64,000 bases of DNA from Bradymonadia bacterium (GTDB taxonomy: Bacteria; Myxococcota_A; Bradymonadia; UBA7976; UBA1532). Positions 60,108 through 64,000 of the stretch are shown piece by piece (within the stretch, counting starts at the first letter, position 1; every line of letters starts with the position of its first letter). Position numbers and translations under genes: made by a program. A model generated the notes under the pieces. That model was not told where the DNA came from. It saw nothing but the letters and a program-made list of their open reading frames with translations, and did no database searches. Where the stretch lies: NCBI GenBank assembly GCA_046290225.1, contig JBKAGE010000041.1, forward strand, positions 53,148 to 117,147, given 5' to 3'.

Positions 60108-63100
60108 GCTCAAGTTCTATGTGATGGCCGGTCTCTCGATGTGGGCGCTGAGCAGCGCCACGGGGTGTGGGGGCGGCCCCAAGATTCAGCCGTTCTCGGA
60201 GCAGTACACTGAGGCGCAGGATGATCGAAAGCTCGATCCAGGCGCCGCGGGCTGGTGGCGCTACCTCTCGGGAGATCTCGAAGAGGCGAAGAAGGCCTTC
60301 GCTGCGGGTGAGGGCCCGCTTCAAATGCTCGGCAGGGCCCGGCTGGCCCTCGATGCCCTCGACTATCCTGGCGCCCTCGCCGCCAGCGAAGCTGTATTGA
60401 AGGGCGAGCGGAGCCAAGGGACCGGCAGTGCCGTACACGCGCTGGCAGGTCTGTGGGCCCGGCGCGCTCTGGCTCAGCTGCCTGCTGGCCATGAGAAGAA
60501 GAGCGTCGGTGGTATCACCTCTGTCCCCATCACTCGGGACACACTGCGCATCTCGTTCCTGCCCTTCCTCGATTTCCGGCGCCTCGCCAAAGACGGCGTA
60601 CTACTCGACGGCGACACTGTGCAGGCTCTGGGCAAGCGCTGGGCTCTCAAGAAGGGTCAAGCCCGGCCTGATCGAGACGGCATCGTGCTCAGTGAGATCG
60701 CCCTGGAGAAAGGCCCGGCCCACCTCGAGATCAGCGTCGACGGGCCCATGATGGCGTGGCGCGACGGCGCCCTCGTCGCCAGCGATCCGGCAGGCCGGTT
60801 CCCGGCGGGCGTGCGTCGATTGACCGCCCCCGGTAATGGTCCGTTGATCGTGGCCTGGGCGGCGCCGCGGGTGCCCGAGATCTGGCGCTGGCCCCACCCT
60901 GCACCACTGCCCACAGGCAGCTCCTGGCTGGATAAGGCCTTTGCCATCCAGCGGGCCCTCGTCGATGAAGATCCTGCAGAGGTGGCCCGCTTGCTCGAAG
61001 GCGCTCCTGACACCCCAGCCTTCGAAGGCTGGCGGGCGGAGGCCAGCGAGCAAGATCCATCGCGCTCGGGCCGGCGCCGCCGTGACGCCGCCCGCGTGCA
61101 CTGGCAGGCAGCGCGATCCCTCATGGGCCCTCGGGCAGACCTGGCCCTCGCCCGCCTCGACATTGAAGGGGGTGACCAGGCGGCGGCCTTGCGACGGGTG
61201 AAGTCGGTCATCAAAGCCGCGCCAGAGGCCCACAGGCCCCGGCGGTTGAAGTTCGAGCTGTTGCTGGCCCTCGGCGATCGGGCCGGCGCCCGGCAGGCTC
61301 TGCCAAAGGCGTTGGGTACCGCGCCCGATCCGTGCGCCCTGGTCGCTGATCGCGTCACCCTCGCCGAGCAGGAGGGCAGCCCCGAAGCCCGGTTGCCCCT
61401 CGTGGAGCAGCTCACACGCTGTGGCAAGCCCATGCAGGCGGTGAAGCAGTTGATGGCCCTCGAGCGCCATCAAGAAGCCCTGGCTCGCCTGGTGGCCCTC
61501 GCCGCGGAGAAACCCAAGGATGCAGGGATTCGTCGAGCCCGGGCCAGATGCCTCGTGGCCCTGGGTCGGCTCGAAGAAGCGGCCCGCCTCTACAAAGCGG
61601 GCAGCAGCGCCGGCGACGCCCTGGCCCTCGCTGATCTCGAAGTGCCCATCGAACTCTCTGGCGGCCCGTACCCCTCGGCGGTGTTCCCCCCGAGCGATTG
61701 GCCCGACACGGCGCTGTCAAATGCCCTCAAGGCGTTGATTCAGGCTCACCCCAAGGCTCGACAGGCCATCGAGATCGTCCGGGCACGCCCGGACTGGTCT
61801 CCCTTCGCCGAGATCGCCCTTGACACTGAGGCGGTCATCGCCGCCTACGAGAAATCGGTGCCACTTCCGGGTCCCGCCGTGCGGTTGCTCGATCACAGCG
61901 CCCTGCTGATCTTCAAGGACGGCAAGTCGTTGCGGTGGGTGCACGAGGTGTTGGCGATTCGTTCACGGGAGGCGGCGGAGTATTACGGTGAGCTGGGCTT
62001 GCCTGAAGGTTCGGAGCTGCTCTCGCTCTATACCCGGAAGGCTGACGGCCAGATTCTGTACGCCGAAGACACCCCCGAGAAGGACACCACCTCGCTGCCT
62101 GATCTCGACGAGGGTGATTATGTGGTGGCGGTGTACCTTGAGCCCGGCGACAACGGCTACATCTACAACCACGGCTTCCTCACCCCCCGCATGTACTTCC
62201 AGGGGGTGGACATGCCCATCTTCCTGCAGCGCTTCGAGGTGTTTCCCCCCACCGGGGGCAAGTTCGATGTGCAGCGCCTCGGCCTCGACGACGATCACCT
62301 CGGCCCCAAGGGCGAGCCCGCTCGTCTGGGCAAGATCAAGGGACTGCGCTTCGAAGCCCTCAACACGTTGCGCCTGCCCCAGGAAGGCAACGAGGTCCCT
62401 GCGGGTCTGTGGTTGCCTTCGATCCGGGTGGGCTGGAATGTGAAGCTCTCGGAAGATCTCGACTACCTGCGCGATCGGCTGCTCGCCCGCCGGCGCCGCA
62501 CCCTGGCCTTCGACAGTTGGGTGAAGGCGGCTCTCGAAGCACAAGAAGACGACGGATTCATGCCCCGCTTCCGCGCGCTGGTGCGCAAGGTCAGGGCCGA
62601 CGTCGCCGAGAGCACGGGCATGACCGATCACGACGTCGATCGCATGCGCATCACCGGGCGGGGCAACCGCGCAGCAGTGCTCTCCGCCGCCCTCGAAACC
62701 CTCGACGTACCTCACCGCGTGTTGCTGGCCCGGCCGCAGATTCACGTGCCCTCCGGGCCATTCCGACAGGTGGCGGACTTCGTGTACCCGCTCATCGAGG
62801 TGTTGCCTCACGCCAGCAGCGCCCTGAGTGAGACGGGCATCAAGTCACCGATCTGGCTCGATCCGGCCCCTGATCGTGCTCCGGTGGGCTTTGTGCCCTT
62901 CATTATGCTCGGCGGTGAGGCGCTCCAGGCCTGGCCGCCGGCTGTGAGCCGCGCACCGGTGTCGCTCCCGAAGACCCGCACCGTTGCCGACAGCCGGCGC
63001 CTGGACGTGAAGATGAAGTGGGCGGCCGACGGCAGCCTCACCGGCGAGGTGGTCGACGTGCTCGAGGGCCAGGAGGCCATCGTCATCGGTGAGTACTTCA

Positions 63101-63618
63101 ACCGCCTCACTCCGGAGGAGCGCCCTCGCCTCGTAGAGCGGCTGCTCGTGGGCGCCGTGGGGGCGGCCACGGTCACCTCACTCGAAGATCCGCTCGCGGG
63201 GCCGTCTGACGGACCGCTGGTGCTCAAGTACACCTTCAAGGCTGAGGCCCCCGGCGACTTGAACCTGGGGCTGTTCCCCAATACCCCCGCTCGCAGCTAC
63301 GCCAGCCTCGCCGAGCGGAAGATCCCCATGGCGGTGGAGCTGCCCACAGACCAGCGCCTGAAGCTGACCCTCACCAGCGAGGTGCCCATGACAGCCAAGG
63401 CCCGAGCGGGCACCTGGAGCGAGAGTGGCCACAGCTACAGGGTGAAGGTGGATGCTGGCGACACGCGCCTCATCGTGGAGAGCCACATGCAGATCGAAGG
63501 GGGGCAGATCAGCCCCGAGGGCTACCCGAAGTTCGCGGAGTGGACCCGCAAAGTAGAGGCCGCGGAGCGGGTGATGGTGAAGCGCAGTCAGCCAGTGGCG
63601 CAGCACTCGGGGCGCTGA
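60100..63618 (+). CDS. TPR + DUF3857-like lipoprotein with a degenerate transglutaminase-like domain
   Basis: Lipobox ATGC; LPDLDEGDYV; GRGNRAAVL lacks the Cys; WLDP; overlaps the upstream partner by 8 bp. Confidence 0.75.
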   Translation: MHKLKFYVMAGLSMWALSSATGCGGGPKIQPFSEQYTEAQDDRKLDPGAAGWWRYLSGDLEEAKKAFAAGEGPLQMLGRARLALDALDYPGALAASEAVLKGERSQGTGSAVHALAGLWARRALAQLPAGHEKKSVGGITSVPITRDTLRISFLPFLDFRRLAKDGVLLDGDTVQALGKRWALKKGQARPDRDGIVLSEIALEKGPAHLEISVDGPMMAWRDGALVASDPAGRFPAGVRRLTAPGNGPLIVAWAAPRVPEIWRWPHPAPLPTGSSWLDKAFAIQRALVDEDPAEVARLLEGAPDTPAFEGWRAEASEQDPSRSGRRRRDAARVHWQAARSLMGPRADLALARLDIEGGDQAAALRRVKSVIKAAPEAHRPRRLKFELLLALGDRAGARQALPKALGTAPDPCALVADRVTLAEQEGSPEARLPLVEQLTRCGKPMQAVKQLMALERHQEALARLVALAAEKPKDAGIRRARARCLVALGRLEEAARLYKAGSSAGDALALADLEVPIELSGGPYPSAVFPPSDWPDTALSNALKALIQAHPKARQAIEIVRARPDWSPFAEIALDTEAVIAAYEKSVPLPGPAVRLLDHSALLIFKDGKSLRWVHEVLAIRSREAAEYYGELGLPEGSELLSLYTRKADGQILYAEDTPEKDTTSLPDLDEGDYVVAVYLEPGDNGYIYNHGFLTPRMYFQGVDMPIFLQRFEVFPPTGGKFDVQRLGLDDDHLGPKGEPARLGKIKGLRFEALNTLRLPQEGNEVPAGLWLPSIRVGWNVKLSEDLDYLRDRLLARRRRTLAFDSWVKAALEAQEDDGFMPRFRALVRKVRADVAESTGMTDHDVDRMRITGRGNRAAVLSAALETLDVPHRVLLARPQIHVPSGPFRQVADFVYPLIEVLPHASSALSETGIKSPIWLDPAPDRAPVGFVPFIMLGGEALQAWPPAVSRAPVSLPKTRTVADSRRLDVKMKWAADGSLTGEVVDVLEGQEAIVIGEYFNRLTPEERPRLVERLLVGAVGAATVTSLEDPLAGPSDGPLVLKYTFKAEAPGDLNLGLFPNTPARSYASLAERKIPMAVELPTDQRLKLTLTSEVPMTAKARAGTWSESGHSYRVKVDAGDTRLIVESHMQIEGGQISPEGYPKFAEWTRKVEAAERVMVKRSQPVAQHSGR

Positions 63619-63638
63619 GGAAGTCCCGCGTCTGAAAG

Positions 63639-64000
63639 TCAGCCCAGTACGGCGTCAGGGGTTTCGGCGATGAGGAGCTGTTCGAGAGCTTGGTCGAGGG
63701 TGTCAATGTCGGCGGTGTCGATGATTGCCTCGTGTGCTTCTGACAGGTCCTGAAACTTGAGCCTCATGTGTTTCTTGAGTGTTTGCCGAGTCTTGTCGAG
63801 CAGCGCACCTTTCGTCATTTCAGAGGCCATCTGAGAAGCCATCTGAGAAGCCATCTGAGAAGCCATCTCGGATGCCATCTCTGATGCCATCTCTGATGCC
63901 ATCTCTGATGCCATCTCTGATGCCATCTCTGATGCCATCTCTGATGCCATCTTGGACGCAGCCTCAGCAGCCTTCTTGTTCACGAGGGCTTTATAGTGAT
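63639..64000 (-). CDS. C-terminal part of an Rpn/DUF4351-like protein; partial at window edge
   Basis: Frame open to the edge; LKKHMRLKF..L....IIDTADIDTLDQALEQLLIAETPDAVL tail. Confidence 0.7.
   Translation of the reverse strand, partial: HYKALVNKKAAEAASKMASEMASEMASEMASEMASEMASEMASEMASQMASQMASQMASEMTKGALLDKTRQTLKKHMRLKFQDLSEAHEAIIDTADIDTLDQALEQLLIAETPDAVLG
63819..63950. repeat. 12-bp tandem repeat x11 encoding MAS(E/Q)
   Basis: CTCTGATGCCAT / CTGAGAAGCCAT units read directly. Confidence 0.95.

Overview
A GC-rich bacterial window, most likely Myxococcota or a related delta-proteobacterial lineage. This is inferred from MYXO-CTERM-like tails, Cys-rich/TSP3 lipoproteins, several sigma-54 two-component systems, a Hanks kinase and DUF2330. 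Housekeeping genes include iscS, a complete histidine operon, a UvrD/PcrA helicase, a FadF-like Fe-S oxidoreductase and radA. Most notable: (1) a putative sigma-54 operon at 19931->12594 encoding a 1591-aa secreted protein (2x3 phage-receptor-head-like repeats plus a fucolectin-like tip), an orphan TPR-secretin and an Ig-like lipoprotein, followed by a kinase/bEBP pair; (2) a heavily fused his operon (hisC-HAD, hisHF, hisA-IE then hisD) with fungal HIS4/HIS7-like architecture, preceded by an unannotated His-rich leader peptide and attenuator; (3) a short array at 26145-26287 in which a constant 12-mer separates hairpins of different sequence, next to three tandem paralogous Cys-rich lipoproteins and a thiaminase I. 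No tRNA, rRNA, CRISPR-Cas or intact transposase was recognised. All family calls come from reading motifs by eye; no database search was run.
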